Assembly: GCA_013265495.1 (NCBI GenBank) | Contig: MU058337.1 | Location: forward strand, 5,126,716 to 5,190,715 | Length of the DNA: 64,000 nt | Reading direction: 5' to 3' | Source: Vicugna vicugna | Lineage: Eukaryota | Part shown: one piece after another, positions 12,613-26,672 of the stretch | How the letters are laid out: each line of letters starts with the position of its first letter | Position numbering within the stretch: position 1 is the first letter of the stretch | Translations under genes and position numbers: made by a program | The notes under the pieces: generated by a model | Told to the model about the DNA's origin: nothing | What the model saw: the letters and a program-made list of their open reading frames with translations, nothing else | The model's database searches: none

Positions 12613-15297
12613 CTGGATATAAATACAGAGCTGAGAGAGATGAGGTCTCGCAGTATAGGGTAGTTACAGAGCTATCCAGCCCTACTCATAACCCACGACC
12701 TACAGATGAAACAGTGTCACCCCTGAAATCAAATTAAATGCCATCTCATATGTTACTGAATTTTCATTGTCAAAGCAAAGACATACTAAGTCTTAACTGG
12801 TAGGAATATAACTAAGTCAGAATTTGAGAAGATGCATAATCAAGAATCTACCCATTTATAACGAAGTAGCTCTTCCAAGTCTGCGCCAAGACTGTTGACT
12901 AAGTCCGTCTGCACACCGAAGGCTACTGTCACCTTCTGTCGCTTTGTGACACCAGTTCTCCATCAGGTCTGATGATTAAATCTACAACCTTTCATTTGGT
13001 AAAACAAGAAAAGTAATCACAAGAGCTGCAATTGTGTCACCGAAAAAACATCTCTGGCTTTAAAAAATAAGTACACTCACTGCCTGTGCCTCTACATTTA
13101 TCTACCAGCAGGGGACCATTATGTGGTGACAACATTCTGTTCCAGAGGCATTATCTCTGAATAATTACCTGCTTCTTCTCTCTGTGGACTGATGTTCCGG
13201 CAGCTCCTTTAATTTGGTATATGGCAGGATTCACAGATTGCACCTTATTACTATAAAAAATGCCTTCTCCACCCGCTACGAAAATGAGGGTAAATGTTAG
13301 CCACATCGTGAACAGGGCTGCAGTTGAGTTCACTTGCAGCCTACTGATGGGGAGGGTTCCCCTCACCTTCCCGAAACACTTCACAACAAAGGAATCTGTG
13401 GGCGGCTCCAGCTGGTTGCAGTGACCAGGAGCTGAAGGGAGAGGAAATCCTTGATGCTGGGCTCTCCTGCCTGATTCTCAGAAGGGTCACTGATTTAACA
13501 GGAATAAAATGCACAGAGGCTTTGAGCCACATGTCAGCACTGGACAAAGAGAAAGCACAGCGCTCATTCTTATCCCTTCGCCTTTTTTCTACCTCGGCTT
13601 TTGGTCTGACCAACCCCAGGTGAAGCTGTAATCCAGAGCCTTCCTTACCCTCCTTCCACAGACACTCCATTTCCTTTTGGAGTGACAGTCTATTTTTAAA
13701 TAATTTCAGGTGAACATTTAAAGGCTCAGAGCAGGGAAAATGAAATGAGTTGTAGTCACTGGAGCACAGAATATAAACGTTTGCCTAGAGTGGAGACGAA
13801 TTCAGGAAGAAATGGTGTTTGCTTTCACTAAAGCAGAGGTTTTCACATTTGAACAGCAACAACTAGGAACCAGGAGAAACATTTTATTCCAAATCAAATC
13901 ATTAATAGATCTGGACTCATAAAACATATGCAAGTGAAATTTACCTGGAAGAAGCAAGGGGGAGGTGTGGTTAAACAGCATCAACTCCAGATTTTTTCTC
14001 TCCAAAGTACCTCCAGGATATCTCCAGAGTCTCTCTAGGAACCCTGGGGTCTGCTCTGAGTGAATAACAAGGCCCTGCATTTACTGCTATTTTCCACACA
14101 CTGCAGAGGGAAATGTTTAACCAGTCCAGTGGAATATTTACAAAATCTGTTCCTTTAGTTGTTTTATGCGATGGGGTATTTTGAAATGAGATTTAAAATA
14201 GACTCAACAGGCTAGAGTGTATGTTCAAAAAGTATTATTTCATTCCTTTAAAATGTTCTACAATCAGACTATTCCCTAGACTGCCCTGCTGGTCTCATCC
14301 AGCATGAAGGAGGAAGTTCTTGTGTTAATTGCCCATTTTTAAATCTTGCCCTTCCTCTTAGATCCGTGTAATGTGAAGGTTAAGTGTGACTGCAGTGATT
14401 TTCTTTACATCTTTGCAATTGCAGTGACTCACAGGTGAACTCATTACCTGTCCTCAGAGAAAAGTCAACAGGAGATCTGGGTTTTATAAGTTTATAGCAT
14501 CATCTTGTCAGGAATCTGTGTGGAGCCATACATGAAGGAATAGCTAAATGTTTTTACATGCCTTTTACAGAAATAATGGCATCATGTCTCTCTATGTGGA
14601 ATGAGAAATAAAACAGAACTTTGCATTAGATATTCAGACAGAAATAAGGAAACCATTTCAGTACAAGAAAACATGAAATGACTCATTTAATAATTTTTTT
14701 TTTACTTTTAGAGAAAACATTAGGTAGTTATCACCCTAGAATAACTTAGGGTAATCTTTAAAAATTTCTTACAGATTGTTGATTATATACTAAATATTAT
14801 ACCACTCTGTCACAGGGATCAAGTTAAACTGATAAACAACAGATTGCACTGTTGTATCAATTGATAAATTTTTATTCAAATTTGTGATGAGTTATTTTTA
14901 ATAGCAAAGATTAAAACACAAGATTTAAATGGAGAATAAAATCCATCTTAATAATGTTAGCAATATCAGTGATTTATAGAAATTGCGTAGTATTAATGAA
15001 TTAAAATTTTGTTCATCTGTCTGCAAAATGTAAATGTAGTCTATTCCCAATTAGAGAAAAAAGCATAAATAATGGAAGATTTTCATATTATAGCTAGCTG
15101 ATTTTGGAATTGAGTCACAAGTATAAGAAAATGCATTCACATGTACCTACAAACCTCATTCTAGGTTCAATTTCCCTTTTCAGTGCTGAGAATACAGAAC
15201 CAAATCCATGAGAAGCAGCCTGGTGTTCACTGAAACAAAGATTTTCCATTCATGATTCTTTAACAACTTAGGATCCCATGCATAAAACCAACTCTTT

Positions 15298-15396
15298 TGT
15301 TTTGTTTTGTTTTACAGATGATTATTTTTTACTTGAAGTATAGTTGATTTACATTGTTTCAGGTGTACAGCAAAGTGATTCAGTTATACATATAAG
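15298..15396 (-). mobile_element. Very short L1 3'-end insertion with target-site duplication
   Basis: TTGAAGTATAGTTGATTTACA...CAAAGTGATTCAGTTATACAT, flanked by AACCAACTCTTT (15286-15297) and AACCAATTCTTT (15397-15408). Confidence 0.75.
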
Positions 15397-17731
15397 AACC
15401 AATTCTTTAATTACTCGTCATGATCATTTATTTAAAGGAGAAAACACTGGATTCGTCTGTGCATTCATTTAGTCATTTCTTTCACAGTCAAGCATTGCTC
15501 TGGACTCTCAGCCAAGTACTTTTTGACGCTGGAATCTAGAAGTACAGAGACAAAAATGACACTACTCATGGAGCCAACAATAAGAGAGACCAACATAAAC
15601 AAATAATTTTAGTAAAGTGTCCGCAGGGTTAGCTGTAGCATGGAAAAGATAGATCACATCTACATGCAAGATTTGATTTACCCCGACAATGTGTCAGGAT
15701 ATTCTAGGCAGAGAGAAGGATACACACATGGAAGAAAGTGGACTAGAGTAGTATTGATGAAAATAGAAATAAGACAATTTATACAGAGAAAGAGAGACAG
15801 ACACTGTTATTAGCTATGTGGGGATAAACATAATACCACCATTGTGAGGTCGAGAGAGTGTTAAAGGAAATACATCAAGCACGCAGTGCAGCGCCTAGTA
15901 CTTAGTAAATCCTCATTAAATGTGAACTACTCTTGCTCACTACATCTTCAATCTGATATTGGAAGCACTGCATGAAAACAAAGGTTTAATCAGATTTTTG
16001 CATTTAGGGAAAGTTTATTTCAATCAGTGCTTAAGCTTCTAGCACATTCCTAGGTTCTGTGCAGGCAAAGGAAGGAAAAGAAATAGAAAACATAACCGCT
16101 GTCTATTAAAGCCACTGTTTTCAGTCTATTAAAACATTTCCTCCCATTTCTTCTTGTTCTGTTCTCTCTCTTTGCTCCCAACCAGCCCAGGCTCTTGACC
16201 TGAGGTGGCACATCTTCACTTAAATCAACGCTGCCTCCAGTTTATTTCCTTGTCTGACCCAGGCTTTGGGGATAATCTGCCAAACTTTTCCACTTCCTGA
16301 TTTCAATTATCCCCTCAAACCTTAATTTGTTGTTGCCAACAGTCTTACACCCTTTTGACGAAGATAAAGATCTACTTTTTTCCCCAGAGAAGTCATGGAG
16401 GTTAAAAAATTTTTGAAAAAGCTTTCTTTATGTATTATCTTCCTATCAATGCTTTAAGACTGAAAATCTCTGGTCTCCAAAGTCTTGTGCAGAGATGGAC
16501 AGGAACATTTTAAGAGGAGGAATGAAGACACTGGAGTGTGGGAACACTTTTCAATGAGTATGCAAATCTCCTTTCAGGCTCAGCGTCAACCTAGGGTGGA
16601 CCAGCTTCCTTAGCTCTTTTTAAGTGAGGGAAAAACAGTCAGAAGGGCTCTAACTCTGAATTTCTGTCACCTAAAATCTAGCTTTTTATAGACTGAAACC
16701 AAGACCCAAGGTCATGATTATATTTTGCTGGGAGAGCCTGATGTCTGCAAGGGGTTCTGGTAAGAAATGACATCCTGCCTGACAGATAAGCAGAAATAGA
16801 AATACTGAGGTTTTGGGCTCTACACTGGCCGATTTAAAGGAAAAAAATTTTTTTGATGTATTTGGAGGCTGGTAATGTGAGAAATATTTCTAATTCTGCA
16901 CATGCCCAGTGGGAGTGGGAGGATGCCTGGGCTGGAGACATCTACTTGAACAAAGCTATTCTTCCTGTTAATTATTCAGAAGGATGTTTATGATACTAAC
17001 ATCGTGCAACGGACAGCTGCCAGCCTGCAAAGGTGTCATCGGTGCCTGGGGGGAGCAGGGGAGCGTCATACAGTTACAGACGGACTTCACCGTTAATTGG
17101 GATCTAAAGGCTGAAGCCATAGCAAGTGTTCCACCTTTACAAATGGTTTGCTTGCTATTCTTTTGGAGAAGAAAACACAGAAAGTTAATGACAGGAAGTG
17201 GAAACCCACCGTTTGCTGCTTTGGGTACAGCCTCCAATGCAGGACTTCAGCATCAACCATCAGAGAGTCGCAGGCACATTGACCACAAGCTAATGGCAAC
17301 TAATCCTCAGATCTCTTTTGTACTTCCAACTTCCCCTCAGCCACATGTCCCCTCTTGTCAAGTGGCACTGAAATGGCTCCAGGCACTTTGGGGATTCAGC
17401 CAGAGGAAGTTGACTGAGGACACATTTGCTTCGGGATTAGTGGGGTGTAGTCATCGCCGCAGCTTTTCACAGTGTAGGAATGGCTTCTAGGACTACTCCT
17501 GATGGAAGTATCGGGTCGTGACAATGTACGGCCAGAGATCACGTCATGACATTGCATGCAGTTTCTAATGCCCAGCCTGCATTTGAGAACATCCACATTT
17601 GGAAAGCTGAGAAGAAGCAAGTTTGAAGTATATAGAGCCATTTACAGCAGATGCATAAAATTATAATTACATCCTGTTCTGGATTTTGTGATGTTTGTGG
17701 TATTTGTCTGCTCTAAAAAGCGTATGTTGAT

Positions 17732-17880
17732 AATAAACTGTAAAGAAAGAGAATTTAAAAAAAAAGGATACAGACATACACATACACATATATATGTATA
17801 ACCGAATCATTTTGCTGTATACTTGAAACTAACACAATATCATAAATCAACTGTACTTCAATAGAGGAAAAGAAAAACAC
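17732..17880 (+). mobile_element. Short L1 3'-end insertion with target-site duplication
   Basis: GAATCATTTTGCTGTATACTTGAAACTAACACAA...AAATCAACTGTACTTCAAT plus an A tail, flanked by AAAAAGCGTATGTTGAT (17715-17731) and AAAAATGTATGTTGAT (17881-17896). Confidence 0.8.
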
Positions 17881-18524
17881 AAAAATGTATGTTGATTTCC
17901 CTTTTCATTCTAAATAAAACTTCACCTGAACTAATTCATTTTATTAAAAGACTCCCAAAATGTAGGCCTGCAAAACTTGGATCGACTTACTTAACTCTAA
18001 TGATGCACACCCAAATTACAATGTAGAATTATAATGTAGCAACAGGAAAAAAATTCAGATCATGTAATTCATAAAATCATATAACTGTGCTCATGGGTCA
18101 TTTAAGTAGACTAATGGATTAAATGATGAGATAAAGATGAATATTATGCTTGGTCAAAATATCTTAAAACAGTTTACAGCCACTAAAGACAATATACCCA
18201 GACTATATTACAACATGAAATAAAATGTTAAGAACTCATACAAGTGCAAAAATTAGGATATGAAGTTCTGTTTAAGAACTGGTTTCCATTACTTGAAAAT
18301 AACGCAAGAGGAAAGTCAACCAGGAAATTACACATTAGCTAATCTTTTTACATTTATGCTTGTAAATGAAATACTAGCAGTAAAAGAAATACCTTTTTAA
18401 CATTATTATTTTTCAGATTGTCTGTAAAAAGTCTTTAAAAAGTCACGGGAATACATTATTCACCCAGAATGAGATTCTGGTGTATATTCTAGTGACTGCG
18501 CCAAAGAATATTTCCATAGATCAC

Positions 18525-19016
18525 TGTATTCGTTTTCTACAGCTGCCATAACAAATTACCACAAACTTGGTGGCTAAAAAAACAGAAGATTTATTACCTA
18601 TGGTTCTGGAGATCAGAAGTCTAAATGGATTTCACTAAGCTAAATAAAGGTGTCAGCAGAATTGTGTCCTTCTGGAGCTTTTGGGGGAAACATTTCCTAG
18701 CCTTTCCTAATTTCTGGAGACCAACCACATTGATTGACTTTTGGTCTCATTCCTCCAACTTCAAAGATAACAACAGAAGGTTAAGTCCTTGCCATGTCAA
18801 ATTCCTCTGATTCTGACTCCACATCTGTCTCCCCTTCTACTTGTAAGGACCTTTGTGATTATACTGGGCCAACCCAGGTAATTCACTATAATCTCCTGAT
18901 TAGCAATTTTAATTCCATGTGCAACTTTTCCCCTTTGCCATGTAATCTAACACAATCACAGGTTCTAGGGATCAGGGCATGAATGTGTCTGCAGGATCAT
19001 TATTTTGACTACCACC
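18525..19016 (-). mobile_element. MaLR solo LTR (MLT1C/D-like)
   Basis: Starts TGTATT...GCTGCCATAACAAATTACCACAAACTTGGTGGCT and ends ...CTACCAC. Flanks ATCAC and ATCAT form a probable 5-bp TSD. Confidence 0.85.
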
Positions 19017-19209
19017 ATCATTAATGAATTGCACCTAATCTCGTGGTGCTGTCCCAGGGTTATGAATCTGAAAATCGTTGCTAAACCAAGAAGGCTTTAC
19101 ATATAATCAAAGATTCTCAAGATCAATACCAACCTGAAACACAGTTGTAGCCAGTAAGAACTGTTTCGTCTGCTCAGAAGAGCTCTTTGAAGTCTTAAAG
19201 TCTTACATC

Positions 19210-19705
19210 TCACCACCCCAGCATTGCCCCCAAGCTGAGCCAAGTTTAACACTCCATCAGCCCTCTCTTGGGACTTATGAATTGGTTCAAGATTGATCAT
19301 GGTTCCAAGTTAAACCAATCTGCCAATTTTTTTTTCTTCCTTGAATTGCCAGGGAAAATTTTCTCATCTTCCTTGGTCAGGGCACAGTAAAAATATAATC
19401 CTAGATGATACTAAAATCCATATCCCTCCTACATGGAGAAAAATTCATCTGCAGGAGGCAAGATTGAGACCAGAATTCTGACAGGAGCAGAAATGTGTGC
19501 TGGGGGACGTGTGTGCACACGTGTGTATGTTTGTGTGACAGAGAGAGAGACTGATGTGAGGCTGTCTAAATCCCTTTTCCGTTCATCCTAAAGGCAATCT
19601 TTACCCCTGTCCGTCTTGGTTATATGAGCACATAACTCATTTGTCTGTTTCTGGTTGAACTGGGATTCTGCCACTTGCATCCAAAAGACTCTTAATTAAA
19701 ATAGA
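19210..19705 (+). mobile_element. Old MaLR LTR (MLT1J/K/L-like)
   Basis: 3' end GTTGAACTGGGATTCTGCCACTTGCATCCAAAAGACTCTTAATTAAAATA matches the old MLT1 terminus. The 5' boundary is approximate. Confidence 0.5.
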
Positions 19706-20944
19706 TGCTGTGTAAATTTGTTATATCCTCAGCACTGTAATTAATGACAAAGGAATTAAAAACATAATCAAGAAAGCTAGACTTCTTTCAGGACACAAAA
19801 TCCAAGTAAGTCTTAATATGTCCAATACTGGGGATTGTTCTTAAATGTGATCTGGCATTAGCAATGTTACATCTTTCTGTTACTGAGCATCTTTGATCTA
19901 TAGTAAGCGTCAACCATGGTCTCCTGAACACTTTCCATATTTACTGCCTACATTGAACAAATAATAGCCAATAGTCTCATTACACATCATTTCTGTCTGT
20001 GAAGCCAGTTTATAACATAGAAATAAAGCCCTTGGCCTCAACCAGAATCTATAAGCAACATCAAAGTTAAAATTATCAGCTGCTCAAGTCATTCCATTAG
20101 AGGAAGTATTAGGGAGATCCTCCTTGTCACTTTATATTGCCAATGTAATTAATTGCATTAAATAAAGAAATGAATACACGGATGAATATATGATGGACAA
20201 ACAGTTGTGAGCCCAGGGGGTAGCGGCTGGATCATTCAGTATTAATAACCATCAGTTATTACCGCTTCACGAAACTGTGTGTCAACCTAGCCTACTGCTT
20301 CCTCAGGTTACATGCTCTGTCACACTGCTTGAAATTTCCTTTGCTAGTTTAGCCCCATCCCTCAGATTTCCAAGACTCGTATGGATAGGCATTGGCCAAA
20401 CTGAAAACAATAATAATAGACTGAATATTGGTTGGAAATCAGTTTATAGACTGGCTAAATCTCAGCTGGGAACCATGGAGGAATTGCAAAACACCAATTC
20501 TATTTCTTCATTAAATTTTACATATGTTAATAAAAGAATTTGTTTTTACATAATGAGATGGGTCTCCTTAAAACAATTCTGAATAAAATTTGACTGGCCT
20601 ACAAATGAACTGTCCTTCTGTTCTTGTTCCTATACTCCTGTTGTTTCTAAAATGGCACATTGTACTCTTATGAGCATTCAGTATTGCAACCCTCATTAAT
20701 CAGAATGGACACCTGTCAGGTGTAGAGACTAAAACCCAAAGCATTATAGAAGAAATGTCATTCTGTTCCCGGAGAAAAACAGCAGTGGAATTTTTTTCTC
20801 TGCTTGAAATTTTCTCGATGTTTCCAATTATCCTAATAAACTTCAGTGACAAATTCTCATGACTTAGAATAAAATGGTTTTGAATTTGGTCCATCTTTTT
20901 GTTCCAAACTTGAATTCTGTGAACACATTTAAAAAATAGAAGCC

Positions 20945-21498
20945 GAGACAACCTACTAAATGGGAAAAAATATTTGCAAATGATATGATCAATAAGGGGT
21001 TATAATATCCCAATATATAAACAGCTCATACAAGTCAACATAAAAAAAAACCCAATTTAAAAATGGGCAGAAGATCTGAATAGACATTTTCCAAAAAATA
21101 CATACAGATGGCTAAAAAGTTGTTCAACATTGCTAATCATCAGAGAAATTCAAATTAAAACCTCAATGAGATACCACCTCACACCTGTTAGAATGGCCAT
21201 CATCAAAAAGACCATAAATAACAAATGTAAGCTAGGACATGGAGAAAAACACTGTTGTTGGTGGGAATGTAAATTGGTGCAGCCACTATGGGAAACAGTA
21301 TGGAGGTTCCTTAAAAAACTAAAAAGAGAACTACCATATGACCCAGCAATTCTACTACTGGGTATTTATCCAAAACACCAAAAACACTAATTTGAAAAGA
21401 TACATGAACCTCAATGTTCTTAGCAGCATTACATATAATAGTCAAGATATGGAAGCAACCTAAGTGTCCATCAACAAATGAATAGACAAAAGATGTTT

Positions 21499-21535
<37 letters not shown>

Positions 21536-21968
21536 GAATACTACCTAGACATAAAAAATGAAATTTTGCCGCTTGCAAGAACAAAGAAGGATGTGGAGGG
21601 TATTATGCTAAGTGAAATGTCAGACAGAGAAAGAGAAAATACTGTATGTTATTTATATGTGGAATCAAAGAAATCAAACTAGTTAGTGAATGTAACAAAA
21701 AAGAAGCAGACTCACAGATATGGAGAACAAACTAATGATTACCAGTGGGGAGAGGGAAAGTGGGAGGGGTAAAGTAGGAGTGAGGGATTAAGAGGTACAA
21801 ACAACTATGTACGAAATAAATAAGCTACAAGGATATAAGATACAACACAAGGAATATAGCCAATTTTTATAACTATAAAAGGAATATAACCTTTGAAAAT
21901 TGTAAATCACTATGTTGTACACCTGAAACTTACATAGCATTGTACATCAGCTGTACCTAAATAAAGAA
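20945..21968 (+). mobile_element. 5'-truncated L1 (L1MA9-like; ORF2 C-terminus plus 3' UTR)
   Basis: ORF 21130..21390 ([15 protein letters not shown]...[12 protein letters not shown]...[15 protein letters not shown]) is the L1 ORF2p C-terminus. It has an A-rich tail, AGAAGCC at both ends (20938-20944 and 21969-21975), and an internal (CA)n at about 21502-21530. Confidence 0.92.
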
Positions 21969-22154
21969 AGAAGCCACATCATAAGTTACATATACAACTA
22001 GATATCACAAAGTATTTCTATAACTGATAACTAATTTGATAATTTACTAATTTAATTATTAAACTATACAATCTATAGCCAAGGCATCTCTAGCTCAGAT
22101 AAGTTCCTTAATAATCTGCTGTGACATCTCTCTAAAAGTGTTTTGATTTTACGC

Positions 22155-22820
22155 ACTGGTTCCTGAATCATTTCCACCTTTTGCTGGTATTATACAGCCC
22201 TTTTAGAATCTGGTAAAAGAAGCCACAGACCCTCTCTTTATAAAAATACAAAAGGGTACATACAATATATTTGTGCTATTGTAAGAGGCAAGATATTCTC
22301 TGACATAAATCATACCAATGTTTTCTTAGGTCAATCTCCCAAGGCAAAAGAAATGAAAGCAAAAATAAACAAATAGAACCTCAGACAAAGGCAAATATTA
22401 TACGATATCACTTATATGTGGAATATAAAAAAACGATACAAATGAACTTATTTACGAAACAGAAACAGAGTCACAGACATAGAAAACAAATTTACGGTCA
22501 CCAAAGGGGAAAGGGTGGGGAGGGATCAATCAGAAGCTCAGGATTAGCAGATACACGCCACTACATATAAAACACCCAAACAACAAGGTCCTACTCTATA
22601 GCACAGGGAACCATACTCAATATCTTACAATAACCTATAATGGAAAAGAATCTTTAAAGCAGTAAGTATGTATATACAACTGAATCACTTTGTTTACACC
22701 AGAAACTAGCACAACATTGTAAATCAACTATATTTCAATTAAAAAAAAGAGGTTCTTGTTGCCCTGACACCGAAACATAAACCTCCAGAGTTATATGGAT
22801 TCTAAGTTAAGAATCCTTGG
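22155..22820. mobile_element. hAT-Charlie-type MITE interrupted by an L1 insertion
   Basis: AGAATCTGGTAAAAGAAGCCACAGACCCTCTC on the left and GTTAAGAATCCTTG on the right of the L1 resemble one Charlie-derived MITE. Confidence 0.45.
22287..22748 (+). mobile_element. L1 3' insertion with an internal deletion
   Basis: ORF2 piece GKIFSDINHTNVFLGQSPKAKEMKAKINK* is joined at 22380/22381 directly to the 3' UTR. It has poly(A) and an AAGAGG TSD (22283-22288 and 22747-22752). Confidence 0.82.
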
Positions 22821-23639
22821 ATGTAGAATTCCAAGAATCCCTCATTACAATACAAATTATTCTGGCTGAAAAAACACAGACCAGATCAGTTCTCAGAAAA
22901 AGATCTGTGAAGGTTGAACGCAGGTCTAAGGGCTCTGGACAATTAAGGACCATCGAAGGGTATTTTTGTGAAAGAGATACACCTCCAGCATTCACACCCA
23001 ATTACCTCGGATCTATTTAAAAATACAGATTCTCACTCCCACCTCAGATATACAAAAACTGGGATGGAGCAATTCCCTGAATAAACATACCATATTCTTT
23101 CCTATTTCTGTGCCTCCTGATGTGACTTCCTGTTTTAGATATTATTTCTCTCTTTCTCTAAGAGCATCCCTTCCCCTCTGTGGTCCCCTCCCCACCCCTG
23201 CCTCATTGCTTTTCCACCTAGTCAACACAGCATCCAGAAAAGACCCCACACGACAGGAATTTTTCTGCAACTCTTAAGCACTCCCTGAAGCCCCGTTTGC
23301 TCGGTGGGAAGTAGGGCCAAAACAAAAGTGCCCGTCCTTCCGCGGCGGGACTCTGCCCATTACACAACTCCGCAGAGCAGCAATTCTTAATGTCACTGCA
23401 GAGCAGAATCACCAGTGAGCTTTTCAAATCCCCGATGCCCAGGCCACACCACAGACAAATTAAGTCAGGTGGGAACTCACACGGGTAGTTCTAAAATCCT
23501 TCTTTAACAAATTCAAAGTCTCCTCTATGGATTCATAAAGGACAAAGCCCACTGGACTTGAGTCTGAAAATTTTGCAGAAACCATTTTTCTCCTGCTTTC
23601 CCACCATCCTCCCTCAGTTTTCATTTGGCCCTCTTTCCA

Positions 23640-23948
23640 TACGCAGATCTGGCCCAGTAGGACCTCCTCAGAGAGGGTCCCTAACTGCCTTTCCTGGAGC
23701 CAGCTCCAAACCCTGCCTTGGTCATTCTATCATATTATCTTGATTTTTTTCTCCAGGCACTAACTGAAATGATTTATTTTCTTGTTTAACTTCTTTCTGC
23801 GCCCAAACTTACCCCAGGTTATCTGAGAGCCCTGACAATGGTTGCCTTATTTATTATTCTATACTTAGCATCTAGACTGGTTTTAGCACATAGTAAGACC
23901 CCAATAAATATGCATTGCATGTATGAATGAGTGAATGACTGAATGAAC
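23640..23948 (+). mobile_element. L2 3' end
   Basis: AGCACATAGTAAGACCCCAATAAATATGC followed by a degenerate (TGAA)n tail. Confidence 0.65.
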
Positions 23949-26487
23949 ATTGATCTTGTTTTCTTTAGTAAATTCTTTGGCCTTGAGTTCATCTGCTATG
24001 TCATTACTTAAACCCTTGCAATTTCTCACAATTGCACGTTTGTTTTAAAGTTAACAAAGCAATTTCACATGCACCATCTTAATTGTCCCTGACAACATCC
24101 TAGAGGAAACAGCTTTTATAATAATACTGTTTTTATGGCTAACAAAACGGATGATCCATAAAGCTAAAATAAAACTTCCCAGGGCCACACAAACACTAAG
24201 TGGGGCGAGCATGTCTGCCCTGTGAGGTTTTCACAGCCATACCGCCCTCTCTGTGATTCCTGCCCCTGCAGAGAGAGGCACATGCCCTCACTGATGGGAT
24301 GAGGCCACAGATGCTGGGTGTGTGAGCCCCTCTCCCCAGACAGGAAGTCGATGCCTGTCGAGAGCTCTCCCAGGGATCACTGAAGTGAAGGATGGGGGTA
24401 ACATCTGGGAACAGGGTTGGACAACGTCGTGTCCCAGCCCCATGATACCCTTGTGCAGCCACAAGCGCTCAGGCCTCCCAACACAGCCAGGATCTCATCC
24501 TCAAGAATCCCTCCGCATGTGCCTCATTGTGTAGCAGAATCATCCAGAGCAGGGCCTTTAGAATCGAGCCTGACTTAACACCACTCGGGCTTTGCTGCTG
24601 CCTCTTTTCTAATCACATTCAAATTTTATAAACTACACTCAAAAGTCTACGTCCTGTGATTGTCTTGATTGTCTCACTATTGTGAGTATAATTCAATAGC
24701 AATATTAATGAGATGCAGAATTCCAGCAAATTAATCAAAGAAGCTGTGTGAGAGATCTTTCTAGTCACCAAATACTCTATTATCTGCTTGCTTTTTTTTT
24801 TTTCCCCACATTTCTTTAAGCTCCTTCAGTGAGCTATTGTGCAATACAGGGCTGGCTTAGGAAGACAATCCAGAGAAAGAAATCCTGGCAAATGATTTAA
24901 TGTCCTTGTAAAGAATTTTACATATGACCTCAAATGTTTGCTGTTTCATCCTTGGGACCATTCAGACCTGAAAGGGCTTACCACGGTACCATGCCAGACC
25001 ATTTGGTACTATTTACAAGCATCCACATGGCATGGATATTTTGAGCAGCAACGGGGCCAAAATTATTTAGAAACTTAAATAAGAAGCCAAAGAATGCTGT
25101 CTTTCCTCCTTTATTGAAATAAAAGGCATCACATGAGAAATAAATATTTATGGAGAACCAAAATCTCATCCATCTTAACTGTCATGTTCCAAATGAAAGA
25201 TGCCACGACTGAAGGCTACGTTAGTCTGTTCCCAAAACAGTCACATGGTAGAAATCAGAGTCTAGAAAACAGCTTGGCTAGTCACCTGATTCTCATGAAG
25301 AGCAGTCAGCTCTCTGTCTAGTTGGCTATGCAAAACCAGAGGCGAAGTCTGTTAAGAAGTTGAGTTGTAAATGAAAAGCACAGAGCCCGTGAAAGTAAAC
25401 ATACAATCTATGAGTCCCAGTGAGTCAGAACAGAGTCAAGTTCACTTACTGCAGAGAGAAGTGAAGGGGAGAAAAAGGAGCCTGAAGAAGCTACGCTCAA
25501 AGTCACCATTAGGATTGTCCTGCCGTTTTAGCCTGTGACTTGGTGGATCACACACCGAACTAGTGGCAGAGCCCAGATTAAATCTAGTCTCTCACCCCCA
25601 TACCAATCACTCACTGTCTTGCCTCACTGTGACATGAGTCCCTTTGCCGCTTAAAACACTCGGGTATGTGCACTCATACCCAGTACAGACCATGTGACCC
25701 GCAAATACCAATCTAACTGCTAGACTGTTGTCATTTTACTACTTTGTTAATATGAATGACTCAATAAAACAGCCATGCTAGAAGAGTGTCTGTCTTCCCC
25801 TGTTCTGTCAGTAGGTAAGTAAACATGACTGGAGGTCCAGGAAGGGGAAGAAAAGCACTTGAGTGGATGCTAACCCATTTGTCTTGTTCATGGAAAGGCT
25901 TGGATCTTGGTCACTTTCATTACATTAAACTTGGTATTTTAGCAATGATGCAATGGAGTGGGCACTAAAGGTTAACCTGACAGTTCCATGCCATCATTTT
26001 AGCTTATTTAAAATTCGTACTTGCAATACGTGTCCTTCTTACTAACACTAACCTCATAAGACAATAATGAGAACAAGAGCCCTGCAAAGAGCTGCTTTGT
26101 CTGTCTCGAACCTATCACGGCTTGGGGAGGGGTACAGGGGGATGGGAGAAGTGACATCTGCCCCCAGGCTGTCTCCCTCCCCTGCCTTATTCTTCATCTA
26201 TCATCAGAGGTGAATTTCTTTACTGTTCCTGGAAAAGGTTATTCCCTTGTCAACTCAATGTTTCTCTCCATGCCGGTTCTTTACCTGGAATGCCCTTTTT
26301 TTCTAAATCATTATCTCTAATGCTACTCATCCCTGCAGATCCAATTCTGGCTTCACTCACTTCAGGCCCTATTTGCACCTAACTTTATTTAGAAAATAGT
26401 ATCTTCTTCCTCTGACCTATAAGTCACTCAATCCACTCTCCCCGCTACTTGTCACTTTTATCACAAATACTTAGCATGGGGATCTGC

Positions 26488-26672
26488 ACAGGGCCAGGGA
26501 GTAAACATTATAGGACCTGTGTGCCAAATGCCTTCTGTGGCAACTACTCAACTCTGCCACTATAGCAAAAATGCAGCCATAGGTAAACAGATGAGCATAG
26601 CTGTGTTCCAATAAAACTTCATTTCCAAAAACAGAATGTGGGTCTCTTGGTCCCAGTTCCCTGACTCTCAGC
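26488..26672. mobile_element. MER58A-like hAT MITE inside an L2 fragment
   Basis: CAACTACTCAACTCTGCCACTATAGC...GCTGTGTTCCAATAAAACTT is the diagnostic MER58 motif. Confidence 0.75.

Noticed and set aside
16984..17770. Possible processed pseudogene (ORF, then AATAAA at 17732, then an A run)
   Set aside because: The AATAAA and A run belong to a separate TSD-flanked L1 3' fragment (17732-17880), and no parent protein is recognisable.
21130..21390. 86-aa ORF with real protein similarity
   Set aside because: It is an L1 ORF2p C-terminal fragment of a 5'-truncated, disrupted element, not a host gene.
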